Positions 50,078 through 63,843 of a stretch of 64,000 nt of DNA are shown in pieces. The stretch's first letter is position 1. The number at the start of each line of letters is the position of its first letter. The position numbers were made by a program, and so were the translations under genes. The stretch is from Pseudogymnoascus verrucosus (taxonomy: Eukaryota), in the NCBI GenBank assembly GCA_001662655.1, contig KV460206.1. One strand, written 5' to 3'. The notes beneath the pieces are model-generated. The model saw only the letters and a list, made by a program, of their open reading frames with translations, was not told the DNA's origin and searched no databases.

Positions 50078-51249
50078 ACTAACCTGATGTCTACCGAGCT
50101 TGCTCGCTGTTATGCGCACCCTCTACGCCTGGGGCGCAGGTAAAGTATCACAAAAATTTCAAATAGGATTTGGGTCTGGCTTTAGCGGGGTCTGGTCTTG
50201 TTTGCTGAGCGTGGAGTTGGTGGGGATTATGTATGACGGTTTTTCTCTCACTCGATTGTCCATGGCCGAAAGTGCTTCACCTGGTTTATTTTGCGAGCTT
50301 GTTTGTTATGCTGGATATCACGACGGATGATGGGGGGTTATGGGGATGATGATGGATGAGGGTTTTTTTTACGATTTCGAAATTTGTTTCTGTTGTTTCT
50401 TATAAAAGAAGGGGGAGAAGTGTTTTAGATTATGTTTTGTGATTAGCTAGGGGTATGTGATAATGTATCTCTTGGTTTAACCATATACTTTGGCTCTTAC
50501 TTGTGATTCTTGGTGCTATTATCATGTAAATACTGATCTCCAGTGTCAACTGCGGGGGCGGCTACTAGCAGATGCGGGGAGCGTTGGGCGGGCTATAACA
50601 TGTATGGATTAGTGAATTGATATAGATATCAATGAATATAGTCAATTGATGTATCAATGGCCATAGAGAAGGGCAAAAGTAACAACGGAGTGAAGATTTA
50701 TTATCTGATTGTTCAAGCTGAATTTACAGTAAAATCGACGTTCTCCTGTGACGATTGCTCGGCGAACTAGTGAGGGCCACTCACCGGTTATGTAAGCGAA
50801 CCATACCCATCAATCAGTCCACCAGCCGAGCAAGCTCTCCAGAAACATCACAGAACGGGCCTACGACCGCAACACCTCTCGCTCACCTCAACACCCATAA
50901 ACCCGGTGAGTTCAGCGCGGCATTACGGGGGCTTTTGAAGGATAGGGAGGGTTCGCCGGGTTACGATCTCTACACGCGGTGGAGGAGGGAGGCTAGATCG
51001 GCTGGATTGCTTGTACGGTTCGCTCGGGGACCAGAGACTGTGAAGGGACCGAGAGGGTTGCATTTACATCGTTGGCGTCATTCTGAAGAGTAGATTCAGG
51101 CGAATATCGAGCACGTCGACACTGGGTTGCATATTCACCCGTCTATCGTCCGCATCGAACAAGAAGTCGGCAACTCACACGACCTCGCGCGACACCATCA
51201 GCCATATATTCTCACCCGGGATTCATAGCGAACTCATCTAGACGGCAAG

Positions 51250-53128
51250 ATGTCGAACACCACAGTCGGAGCTGTTTACCAGCAGATTATCCGCGATGTT
51301 GTTGATAGTTCGAGGGTCGATTTCGAGGAGGGTGGCGTTGACGAGAGTGTGCTCGATGAGCTGAGTCGGGTGAGTTCCTTCCAACTCTGCTGTACCTGTT
51401 ATTCCCTCCATGGCGACATATTTCATCGCATCATCATTTCCTTCGTATCAAATATACTCGACGAGCGATGCGAAAACCTAGATCGGCGAGTCAGTCGGTC
51501 GTCGTTGTCGTCGGGTTGCGCCGTCGTGGCTGCTGTTCTGCCTTGCGGGCGCTGGCCGCTGCACAGGCGAGGAATTCAGAATCAGCGGGGGCCCAGCGGT
51601 ATATGGTCGCTTTTATGCTCACAGGGAGATGCGGTCTCGCTTGGACTAGCGCGCTTTTGAGGGGGCCCAGCCTCACATGACTTGGAACACCACAGCACAG
51701 CCATTTAACGGAATCTCATAACTTTGCGTTTGAATTAATATATTTTTGGGGATTGATGTAGGATTTGTGCTAATGGAGATTTAATAGGTATGGCAACAAA
51801 AGTTGACCGCGCTGAACGTGGCCCAGTTCCCGTGGGACCCGAAGCCAGAGGCACCCCCTCCTCAGCAGCAGCAGACCATGGCGAACATCCCCTACCCTCA
51901 AGAGCCAACACCGGCTCCCATGCAACAACAGCAGCAGCAACATGCTCCTCCCCAACAGGGACAGTACATGAACCGCCCCGGCCCGCCGATCCCAGCCCAA
52001 GCGCCGCAGTTCCCACAGATGCCGCAGATGCCTCAGATGAACGCCGGTCCACGCATCAAGGCGGAGCCTGGCCTCGAGACTGGCGGCATGCCGCCCGTGT
52101 ACACTGGGATGGGTAATGCGACGACGGCACAGCAGCGCGCGGCGCAGAATTTGCAGGCGAGCTATGGGGCGAGGGCGGCGGCGAGTATTAATGCTATTCA
52201 GGGGATGCCGCAGCAGGGGCAGCCGCAACAACAGCAAGGGCAGCCTCAGCAGCAGCAGCAACAGCAACCTAGCCCACAACAGGGCCAACAGCAAGCTCAG
52301 CAGCAGCAGATGCACCAGGCGCAACAGAGACCACAGGGACCATCGATCCAGCGACCTCAGATGACGCCGTCGCAGTACCAGCAGGCACTAGCGCAACAAG
52401 CAGCGCACCAGAAGCAGCAGCTTGAACAGCAGGCGAAGGCCAGACAGCAAGCTGCCGCTCAGCAGCAGCAGCAACAGGGCCAGGGTGCTCCCAATGGGGC
52501 GCAGCATGCACAGACTGATGGTGGTGCTGATGACGAGGATGAGGACCGTCATCGCCACTTTGGCGTTATTAAGCAAATTGGTGGTGATGGGTCGGAAATC
52601 AACATGGGACGTGTTGAGCTCGATGGGTTGATTCGCCGACAGATTGAGGCGAGGGGGAAGGCGATGGAGGGGGGTGGGTTGATGTTACCGCTTAAACAGC
52701 ATAAGGGGTCCAATGGCGGACGTCGCGAGAGGAAGAAGGCTGCGGATGTGGGACAGACTGATGGGGGCGACGATGATGATGACGACGATGATAAGGTGCT
52801 CAAGGCTGAGGATGACGATGAGGACGCCATCAACTCTGATCTCGATGACCCGGATGACCCCAAGAGCGACGATAGTGGCGATGATGAGACGCCGCAGGTC
52901 ATGCTGTGCATGTATGACAAGGTGCAGCGGGTTAAGAATAAGTGGTACGCATTACCCCGCCTTTCCCCGTGTAACTTTGTGTCGGGCGGCTACGGTGTTG
53001 GGTGTTGTTCAATGTTTCGGTTTACTGACTGTTTGTGTTGTAGGAAGTGCGTTATGAAGGATGGTGTCTTGACCATTAATGGCAAGGACTACGTCTTCCA
53101 CAAGGCGTCGGGGGAGTACGAGTGGTAA
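51250..53128 (+). CDS. TOA1: Transcription factor IIA large (alpha/beta) subunit
   Basis: MSNTTVGAVYQQIIRDVV..FEEGGVDESVLDEL..WQQKL, Q-rich linker, QTDG cleavage-type motifs, acidic region, LCMYDKVQRVKNKWKC..GEYEW; introns 51370..51787 and 52945..53043. Confidence 0.95.
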
Positions 53129-54256
53129 ATCCCATCGCTCGATCTTTCACCGATCCCCGATTTCCGATTCTCGATTTTCGGACCGGTTGGTTGTTGGTTG
53201 GTTGGTTGGTTGGTTACTCGGGTTCGATTTCAGGATGAGAGGCAGCGAGAATTTCCACAGAGAGGATTTTATTCCCCATTTCAAAAAACAAGGTTGTACT
53301 TCTAGATCCCGGAAATAGAAAATTGTCACTTTTTTTTTCTTTTTTCCCTCCTCGAACCAAAAAAAAGGGGGGGCCAGGAGGGGTTGGGTGGAATGGGTGT
53401 GTACGTTAACAGCGTGCGGGGCTGAGGGATATGGATTCAATGGATTCTTATCTTATTTCGATTCCGGATTCCCTTTTTTTTTCGGATTCTTTCCTAGTTT
53501 AGGAAATAAAGATAGATAACAATGAGACGATGACTTTCTATGCTTTGAAGGGCGAGAATGTGAAAAGGTGTGCAGGAGAGATGGTAACTTGTAATAGAGA
53601 TATATATATGCAGGTAGATATAGATATGTAGGCTCTCCGCAATGCGTCCAAACTACAGCGGTCTACAAACCCCCTTACATCTCTTCTCTCCCATCAACCC
53701 GTGGCCTCTTACCACTCACGCGCCCAATCCATTCAAACCTCCAACCCCTCGCTTCCCATCGGCCCCCAAAAACCCCCATCGCTAACCCCAAATCATGTCA
53801 GGGGGGGCCGAGTCACCAAACCCACCAAAAAACAACCCAACCATAACCATAACAAAGCAAAGTAAAACCAAAAAAATAGCGCCAGCTCCCACTATAGACG
53901 CCGATTTTGCGCCCGTTTCAGGAGAAAACAAACATACCCACTTCGCGAGAAGTAGATGGGTGAGGGGGTATCCAGCAAAGCAAGCAACAATACCGCCGCG
54001 AACGCTGAAACGACTGTAAATGTGTGTAGGTAGTAGTAGTAAGTAGTAGATGCTGTGAAAAAGATCGTCTCAAAAATAGTAATAGGTAGATGGGTAGATA
54101 GATAGATGTTGTTCGTTTCATTTCTCCGCCCGGGGATGTGCTGCCCAGACGGATTGTCGTGTGAATGCCTTTTGACGTAGTTGATTATTTTCTCCAAGAC
54201 GATCCCGATCCCTCCTCTCATAAAAGAGACTGGTACCGCCTCGTTCAGGACTGTAC

Positions 54257-56676
54257 TCAGACTACAATCCCGGTACTCTTCCGCTTCTCGGCATCATCGA
54301 CTTGGAACCCGAACACGAGGCGGTACAAGTCTTTAAGCCAGAGATACTGCCCGCTCTTCATCATCCAGCCAACACTCTTACTCACATCAAGGGCGTTAGC
54401 GCGCTTTCCCTGCGGCGGCAGCGTGACAGCGCTGCGGAACGTGGGGTCGCTGAGGACGAGGTCCTTGTAACTGGCTAGTAAATTCGCATGCCAGGGTAGG
54501 GAGCCGAAACTCCCTGTTGGCAGCGCCTTGACGTAGGCCTGCAGTGCATTTGCGGGTCCGGAGACAGACCCGTTTGAAGGTTGGTTTCGCTCGAATCCGA
54601 CATTCATGGCAGCTTTGAGAATGAGGATTTTGAGGCGGGTGAGATTAACGTCTTCGGAGGTGGTGCCCTTGGCAGTGCTGGATGTCTTATTGCTGCCTTG
54701 GGAGTAGCCGGAGAGGTTGGAGGAATTGCTGGACCAGCGGGCTGAGCTGCGCCCGTTCTCGGTGCCTAGGACGAGGATGTTGGGAATAGATGGTGAGTGG
54801 TCTTCTGGGGAGATAGGCGTGTCTTCGAATTCAGTGGTGGGGGTCTCCGGTTCAATGCGCCGCGGCTCGACGCGCTTGAGGATGCTGGGTAAGCTAGACA
54901 TGCTGGACATGCTGCTATTGCTATTTTGGTGGGAGTGGGTGGAGTGTGCGGAATGGGAAGAGCGATTAAGCTGGTCGAAGGATTGGGTGAAGGTTGTCTG
55001 GCTCGGTCGGGGCGTCCCTCGTTCTGGGCGGACTTGCGTCCAGCCTTCGCGGAAGAGGTCGCAGAGCTCCCAGCAGGCCTGTACTGCTGAGCCCAGAAGC
55101 TCCTCGTCGGCGTCCTTGCCTTCAAGACGGTTCTGGCGAAGGCTGAAAAGCATCTCAGCCAGAGACCAGCACGCGCGGAGCAGAGAATCAGTCTCTTGTG
55201 TTTGGTCACTCCTCTGTTTCATCAGACGATGACATAAGGTAATATAGAAATCTAGCGTCCGCTCACGGAAAGCCTCGGGGAGGTTCCTATCATGAGTGTT
55301 GAAAAGATGGTTGTTCAATTCAAAGCTGACTCGCAGGACTGAGTCTGCGAGATCGTTGTTGCGCTCGCGCACATCGAATAGCGCCTGGCAAAACTCTCGG
55401 CACAGGTCGAGAGTGGGCCGGCATTGGAAATCATGATGGTCGTCGCGGTTATCATACAGCTTCTGGCATAATCTCCAGCAGCACTTCCACGCCTTTTCAT
55501 GGGTGTCTCCAGTCCCCGAGAAACTGAATATTCTTTCTCGGTGTATAGAGCTCAGACTAGCCAATGTGTTGCACAGTGTCCAGCATTCATGGAGTGCCGT
55601 TTTCAAAGCATTCACATCGTGGTCAGGGTCATTGAGCGCAGGAAAGCCTTGGTCGTCATCGGCATTTTCATCAGACTCTCTAGCATCTTCGGGGATACCT
55701 GATAGACGTTAGCTACAGTTTCCGAAAGGCTTGCTCTCCAAACATACCCTCTAGACTACTTGCGCTACTTGAACGTAATCGAGATCTCTCTGAAATCAGG
55801 TCCAGCTCTTGCCTCGTTTGAGCTCTTGGCGTGGTATTATCTGGTGTGAAGGATGTAGGTGCAATGTCGGTTGAGATTGGTGGGGGTGATACCGGACTTG
55901 GTGTGATCGTCTGTTAAATATTAGCAAAATGGATGGGTGAATGGTATCATAGTGCAATTACCTTATCGCCGCCATGCGAGGAATCAATTGTGAGAGCTCC
56001 ACCTTCGTGATGGAACGGCTTGGGTGTAGACCGGTCAATATTCGGTGGTTGTTGTGGGGGGTTGTCATTTTTTGTATTCGCCTGGGCCGGGCCGTTAGTT
56101 GGGTGGATCTTTCAGTTTGGTTCTAATTTGACCTACAAAATTCATATAACCCTGCGGCGCATGAATAACTGACGCTGGCTCATCTTCGAGTTTACTGCGG
56201 AAGTGAGAGGGCAGCGCAGTAGTTAACGAATTCAATGGTTTCTGGTACTGTTAGCGTTGGCGCATTCAGGGTCCAGGTCCCTACTAACTTGTCCATTTAT
56301 GTTGATGGGGGCGGGTTGTGCCTCCTGTTCCTCCTCTACAGCATCATCTTCTATATCGGTTGTCTCCGTGCCATTCGAAGTTACTGGCGATGGTCCAACC
56401 ATGTCGCTTGGGCTTGGGGCATCAATGGAAGAGAATCGGCCACCCCCAATAACGTTCGGATGGAGCGAGGTGGCATCAGTAGAGCTCCGAGCAGATCTGC
56501 ATGGCGCTGTTAGCATGGGCCAATATTGTAGCCGACATGATTTATACATACAGCGACTGGAATCTTGGTGTGTTGGGCATTGCCGGTGAGTTGGGAGACA
56601 GTGAGAATTCAGTGTATGGTGAGAAGGCTGACATCATGTTGGCTGGCGACGAGATCAAGGGCGACTCCAGGGCCAT
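54257..56676 (-). CDS. Conserved fungal hypothetical protein (multi-exon; start uncertain)
   Basis: 452-aa helical terminal exon (LHECWTLCNTLA..CWELCDLFREGW) plus upstream Ser/Pro-rich exons with splice signals; start may lie further upstream. Confidence 0.65.
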
Positions 56677-59668
56677 TGTTGGTGATGGGTCGGTCGATTG
56701 TTCTCGAGATTCACCTTGGGGCGAGGAATCTCTGATAGATATCTGAGGAGCGGCGCCTTGCAAACCAATACCGCCGGCTCCTGTTGACTGGGAATAATCC
56801 TCGGAACTAGAGGCGGGGGCGTTGGCTTGGGCCGTGGAAGAGGTAGCCGGCTCCAGGGTTACTGCTGGCTGCCAGTGAGCGACCTGGCGGAACTGAGGCT
56901 GATGCTTTTGGGTCTCAAATCCAAGGCCTTTTGGCGTCTCAAAAAAAGTTGTCGAGGTTGGTAGCTTAAAAGTATCGAGTGACAAGCGATATATGAATGT
57001 CCGCGATGGCTTGGGGGAGTCGGTTGTCCCGCCCGCGTGCTATTCGTGCAATCTATGCACGATGCTACACTGCAGACAAAGCTGACCACTTGATCTAATG
57101 CAGCTGCGCTGTCCGGTTCGAGGAAAGTGGTGTCGTCGACGTACAGAGACAAAAAAGAGCTGAGCTACTCCTCCAGCTGTTGGTGCGCTTGGTGCGCCTG
57201 GGTGATTGATTGTGGGGTGTGATGGTCGCAAGTTCTTGAGCACTGGCCTGCATGCGAGTCTAGCTCTTTGATCGGGCCTCAAGTCAGTCGGATCACTATG
57301 GGCTCTGGGCTCTGGTGGGCTATGTGTTCTGTTTGTCGCGGTTTCGTCGAATCAATGAGTCGCGGGACATAGATTTTGGAGTGTATTCGCCGGCGAGCCT
57401 CCTGTAATCGCGAAGCACTGGCGTGTAGGCAGGTAGGTAGACACAAAGGGTGGATTCCAGTTGGATGCACAGGGGGAGAGTTACTCTAGCCTTAAGAGAG
57501 GAGAACCAGTCAGAGATGCAGATGCGCGTCTCCCAGGTCGCATAAGGGAAAACAAACGGCCAATAGAAGGGTGAAGCTATAGGTAGAGGGGCTCAACAGT
57601 GCATGAGGTTGCAGGCATGTCGGCGCTTAGAGCACAGTAGTAAAGTAGAGTAGAGGGCCGCTTCGATGGGATAAGGCCCCCGCCATGTATAGTACAACAA
57701 CAACAACAAAAAGAATAGGAATCTGAGCAGGCAAGAGGATTAGTTACACGCCACAACCCGCGCGATTGTGCATTGTACGTACAATATAATACGCTGAATA
57801 CACACAATACTCTCACCGGTGCAAGAAGCAATGCGTTTGCCTTGATTATATCGACGCCAGATCCCATTTATTGGTGGATATGCACGTATTGTGCCATGCT
57901 TTATTCCATCTGTCCGTGCCTCGACGCCTTCCAATGCCCCCAATCCTTCAATGAAGGAATTGGAAGGTCGATACCGGATTACATGCTGCAATCCTTCCAA
58001 GATCGTTGTTCGTTCTTTCTCGCACGCTACTGTTCCCGTAGTAGTACAGTACCGTCGATGCCGGTCGGTGCTTCCTTCCCTGACGCCCAGAATCCAGTGA
58101 CACGGCTTGGAAGAGTACATACTCATGCACTGGCCGACTGGACTAATGCGGCGGATGAATGTCGATCATGGTACGACCGTAAGCTCATCCCGCGCTGACT
58201 CCAGACCAATTGTATGTCAGAAATCCCCAAAACTCTCCTTCCTCTGACCTGAATCCGACCCAGAAAACTGACGCCTTCACACCACCATAGTCTGCCCGGG
58301 TGTGCCCCCGCGGCTGAGCCCGCTTCTTGCCCTTCTCATGCTCGTCCGCTGGTAACAAATCCCGTGGCGACAATGGGCTGATCCATAGCCTTTCTTACCG
58401 TGCCCCGGTCGTTCCTTTGTATCCAGTACGTTGGATGATGGGTTTGTGGGTCCGATAGACTGGGATTCGAAAGACGAGACCCTCGGGGTCCGGTCCATTT
58501 GAAATCCAGTTCAGTACACCATGGCTTGCTTTTGTCTCAAGCCACCTCACGTTGACTCGCTCCTGCGTTCGATCAAGATTATGACACCGCAGGTGCGACC
58601 AGTCTGCACAGTACATATCTACAGAAAACACACATGCAAGCGCCGCGGCAAGCTGCAACAATGAATCTATCGAGTTAGCCCATCCAATATACCACGTTGG
58701 ATATGCCAACTCCTACAAGCATTGTGCATGACTGCGTCAATTCCCCGCCCCCCCAACGCCTATCTCGAGGCCTCCAACCTACCCCCTAATGTGGGATTAC
58801 GGAGAAGGATCATTACAGAACCGCTGGGCTAACGCGTGTACAGCCGCGGGACCCGGGTCAAATAAGTATGCTTGTCTGGGAACACATGGTCATGCATGGT
58901 GGAGAGGGATGTGGCGGTCTGGGGCATCGTCGGGCAAGAGTCTTGCAGGACTGTTGGTTTTCCATAGGATGGCAATTGACCCTCAAATCCGGATAACGTC
59001 GAAGTGGGCATACTTCTCCACTTCCTGCTCATCTCCAACGGCTATGTGTAAACGATTAAGCGGTGTACGTGGATTAGACGCAAATTCTTCAGCGCCTACT
59101 CGTGCATGCATGCGTTGTTGCCTCCGCTTGTTGGACTTCGTCGATGGTGATGCACATAATTTGGTCACTAGAGGCTAGATCCAACAAAAGCAATCTCAGA
59201 CGAAATTCCCGGGCTGTTGGAATGGCCGGTCTATATTCCTTTCCGGGCAAGCTCCGCAATTGAAAGAAAGCCTTACATGAACCAGCGCAGGATATCAAAG
59301 TCACGCTTCATCCATTGGTACACCATATGCCACAGGTTGCTAATAGTAGCCGATCAGATGGAGCTCGCTCGGCCGCGCACTGCCCCTCCAAACGCCTTTC
59401 CACTGCGTGACCTCGTTGTTGACCCAAAGGATCCTTCTCGGCCAGCCGCCGTATATTAATATACACCATGGCCATGCGGCCCGAACCACGGCCATCGGAT
59501 ATTCGTGGCACACACGGTGCCAGATAAAAGACCCAAAAGGCGGAGAACTTCTCTACCATTTCCTATCTTAGGTGTCTATTCCTTCCACGAGTCTTCAAAA
59601 ACGCCTTGCCATTTTGCGAGTGCTCCACCATGCCCCATTGTGTAAACGCCAAAACCAGCCAAAGAATC

Positions 59669-60081
59669 CTAATTATCGAACGCAGCTTTGCGAGTGTCGC
59701 GCTCCGCAGGGTTATATCTGTGAGGCCGTTAGCATAGGCGCTTTTGGATTGAAGGGATTGATCCTATAATTAGGTGTGTTGGTCGTACTTCAAGAGCTTC
59801 TCAATCAAATCGACGTGGGTCATGACCATGCGGCGGCAACAGTATCTCTTGAGGCCGAGGTGGTCCATGGCGTCTCTGTCCAGAGGGCGTCAGTAAGAAG
59901 CAACACAGAAAGAATCATCCAGTAAACTCACCCGTGCTCCTCTCCATCCTCAAGTAGCTTGATGTATGATTCCCAAAGGTCACCCACCACCTGTGCACGA
60001 GGTCAGTAAGAGGCGTGGCCAAGGAGGGTGAATCCATCCACGCACCTTGCCACAAGAGAAGCAGCGCACAGGAATAATCAT
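59669..60081 (-). CDS. RPB10: RNA polymerases I/II/III shared subunit RPABC5
   Basis: Four exons (60081..60046, 59990..59932, 59875..59789, 59717..59669) give [51 protein letters not shown]. Confidence 0.97.
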
Positions 60082-60369
60082 CGCGACTTCTGAATTGTGT
60101 TACTAGATCTGTAAAAAAATCTGACTTTCGTGTCGTTGCTCCGACGTTGACGTTGTCGCGCAGAAGAAATGGAGGGTAAAGATAACTTGTGGTGGTGTCG
60201 CGCGCGGTGATTCCGTTGCAACTTTTTCCGCTACCAGCCCGTAATCGCGAGGCTGCCACAATCTTAGCGCCAAAATTATTTTTACTTTTCCCCCAAGAGC
60301 CAATTTGTACGTGCTCACGAGGCGGAAACGTCACAACTTACCAGCTACGGGCAACCTCTGACAACGATA

Positions 60370-63300
60370 ATGGCTTCAGTTCTGAAGCGCAAGAGAGGGT
60401 CGGCGCAGGGAGTCGAAACACTCAAACGGGCGAAAGCAAGTACGGATGTTCTGGAAGATGCTCCAGCGTCTGTGATTTCTGGCGGCGGATGGGATGCAGC
60501 CTTTGCGCCTATCAACCAGAACAATGAGCTCGCAACGGTCAATGGATCTGCTGCCCACGATGACAAATTAGATTCTTCTGATGCAGAAGATTTTGAGCAA
60601 TATGCACAGAAAGAAGACGAAAATGAGAAAAAGGCAAGGAAAGCATCCAAGTCAAAAACTTCCAAGTTGAAGGACTCCGACTGGAAAGTCTCAGCACCGA
60701 TTGGAGGGCGAATGATCGACGTAGACCCTTTATTTACAGATGGCGAAAAGTAAGGGCACACAGATTCTTTCCGACTGTACAGTGGCTAATAAATGCAATA
60801 GGTTTCTTATCGTCGCACACCGTCAGTCGATTCACGTTTACTCGACTGTAACTTCTCTCTTACACCGCTCCATCGACCTCAGCGTCAATGGCTCCAGGCC
60901 GGCCAATGTACGCATCGTTGCGTACGCCCTTTCGGAGACGGACCCAAGCATGATCTGGGTAGCGTGCTCAGATGGAGCTGTATATCACATCAACTGGGTT
61001 TCAGGAAGTGGAACGGATCAATTCTGGACTACTTCATCGATGGGAATGACACACATGACGGCATCCTCCATGACATCCGCCGGTCGAACTCGCGATATTG
61101 TCTTCACAACTGAGGAGCGCCGTGATGGAGGATGGAGAGTAACTGCACACGAGCTCACACCACCTGGCAGCGATATCCCGACTGTTGCACGGACAATCTA
61201 CACCTCTACGCAGCCCATCCACATTCTCAAAGTCGTCAAGAACGGAAGTTTGATTGTTGCGGCGTCCGAGAGCAGAGTCCTGGTGGCCAACCTCAGAACC
61301 ACGGACTTTGACAGCGTGGACAAGATCAGATACGAGTTCCGCGTCTTCGAATCTACCGATTACATCTCCTCCATCGACGTGCGAGTCACCTCCGCAAACA
61401 AGGGCCAGAAGTCAAAGTCTAAGGAGTCAAAATCGAAGGCGGAGACCTTTGGTGTTGTGGATGTTGTGGTTGGAGATGTTAAGGGTTCTATTTTCGTCCA
61501 CAACGATCTCCTGAGGAAGATGATTCAGTCGCAGAATGCTGTCGCATCAGGGAAGCCGGCTGTTGATATGCTGCCTCGCAAATTGCATTGGCACAGAAAG
61601 GCTGTCCAGAGCGTCAAGTGGTCGCTGGATGGTAATTATCTCATCTCTGGTGGTAGCGAGACTGTCTTGGTTTTGTGGCAACTCGATACAGGAAAGAAGC
61701 AATTCCTTCCCCATCTTTCAGCGGCTATCCAGAACATCGTTGTGTCGCCGACTGGATCCTCTTACGCTGTTCGCCTGGCCGATAACTCCGCCATGATTCT
61801 CTCTACTGCTGAGCTCAAGCCCACCACCAGCATATCTGGTCTCCAAGCCCAAGTTATTAGAGATTCAGTTTCCTTAGATGCCAGGGTCTCAAGAGTTAAG
61901 GACGACGAGCGTGACGGGATACTCGTGCAGCACGCACCAGCAGTTATCAACCCCCTCCAACCATCACACCTGCTCCTTGCCGTTGGAGAGAACCAAGAAA
62001 TCAATCCCCTGTCCAAGGAAATCCTCAGCACCCCATATCTCCAGACCTTCGACGTTGCATCCTCCCACAACATCTCCCGCCAGGCCTTGTCAAGAACCAA
62101 CATCACCAATATCAATGTTGGGCCCAACGCCCACCGCATCTCAGAGCCCCAAGTCACTCACATGCAAATCAGCCACGACGGGTTGTGGTTAGCTACCGTG
62201 GATGAATGGCTGCCTCCTCGCCGCGACCTAGAGTACCTAGGCCACTCGACGATTAACCTCGCCGACGAGCAACGCAAGCGTCGCGAAGTTTACCTGAAGT
62301 TCTGGCAATGGAGCAAGACCGCCGAGACCTGGGAGTTAGTTTCGCGTATCGACGCCCCTCACACAATGGCGCCCGAGAACTGCGGCGCTGGCCGAATTTT
62401 CGACCTCGTCGTAGACCCCAGCTCTCACGCCTTCTCTACTATCGGTGAAGACAGCACTGTCCGCATCTGGCGACCCAAGACGAGGACACGCGATGGCATC
62501 GCTGTGCGCGGGAAGGATGGAGAGGCTTTGGTTAGCTGGAGCTGTCGCGCCCAGGTTACGCTGCCGAAACCGGTTTCGGAGGTTGAGGTCACTATTCCTG
62601 GCGCTCCGCAAAGACCAGATCACGGATGCCTTGCATTCTCCGAGGATGGCTCCGTCCTCGCGGCTGCATTGACCGGCGGACCCGATGCTGTGATTCACCT
62701 CGTCGACCCATCTGTCGGTACCGTCAAATTCTCGCGTCCTACATCATATACCGGCGATATCGTGCGAATGGCGATAGTCTCCCAATACCTCGTCACAGTA
62801 GCAGATGAAGTGCGCGTTTACGACATCGTCTCAAACGAGCTTCAATACGGCGTCAAGCTAGGCTCAAGACAACTAGCCCTAACTCTCGAACAAAAGACCG
62901 AGATGATCCATCTGAGCGTCGACAGGCAAAGCAAGACCTTCGCCGCTGCCCTCCCATGCAAAGGCAGAGAGAAGGAAGGCGTTCACATCGCAGGCACTCT
63001 GGCCGGGGTATACAGCCAAATCGCTATCTTCGAGGCCGCACGAGCTGTCCCATTAATGGCACAGAGCCTACCACACCTACTTACCGCCCTCGTCCCATCA
63101 GCGAATTCCCCAGGATACGTCACCATCGATGCAGCAGCTGAGATCACGACTATCACCCCCAAGGCAAGCCAGGCGTCTGCAGTGATGGCGCAGTCGATCG
63201 CGGATCTCGGACTCGAGGCTGTGGTTGAGGAGCCAGCTGTGGGACTCATGCAGCTTGTTGAGGAGGCGGAGGCTGAGGAGGAGGATGAGGAGATGGCTGA

Positions 63301-63469
63301 TGTTGAGGCGATGGAGGAGGATGCGGATGATGATGGAGCACCGGTTGTTTCGCAGCAGCAGCTTGCGAATATCTTTGACATTGGACCGTCGTTTGCTCTC
63401 CCGCCTATTGAGGAGATGTTCTATCAGGTCGCGGGGCTGTTTTCTGCTAAGCCGATTGGGGTGCAGTGA
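60370..63469 (+). CDS. NAN1: SSU processome t-UTP subunit Nan1/Utp17 (WDR75 family, WD40)
   Basis: KLHWHRKAVQSVKWSLDGNYLISGGSETVLVLWQLDTGKKQFLPHL, WLATVDEW..YLKFW; intron 60750..60801; acidic C-terminal region. Confidence 0.88.
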
Positions 63470-63843
63470 GCGGGGGGGTGTGTTCTAGGTTGTTCGGATT
63501 TTGTTACATAGCGAGGAGTACTTTCTTGTCTAGCAGGGCACTGCTGTAGAGTTTTGAATGGAATGAACATTCAACTACACTTGAACGATGCCACTGGTTT
63601 GATACTGTTGCCCCTTTTGTGAAAAATGTAGCACGTGATGATAAGAGGAATGACGCCTTACCCCGCGTCTATGGCTCGGCGTCGCCCTTAGTTTACAACC
63701 GCGGTTTAACAATGTAAAGCCGGGGGAGCACACGCTCCTTCTCTTCTTCATACTCTTCATCTTTCCTCTAATTGCTTCATATTGTACGCGTAGCTTGGTG
63801 ACAACTTCTGACGACACCTGCATCTGTGCACACAAACCCGAGA

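Noticed and set aside
57000..59600. Unexplained 2.6 kb with short ORFs on both strands
   Set aside because: Could not assemble a credible spliced gene or RNA; needs blastx and RNA-seq
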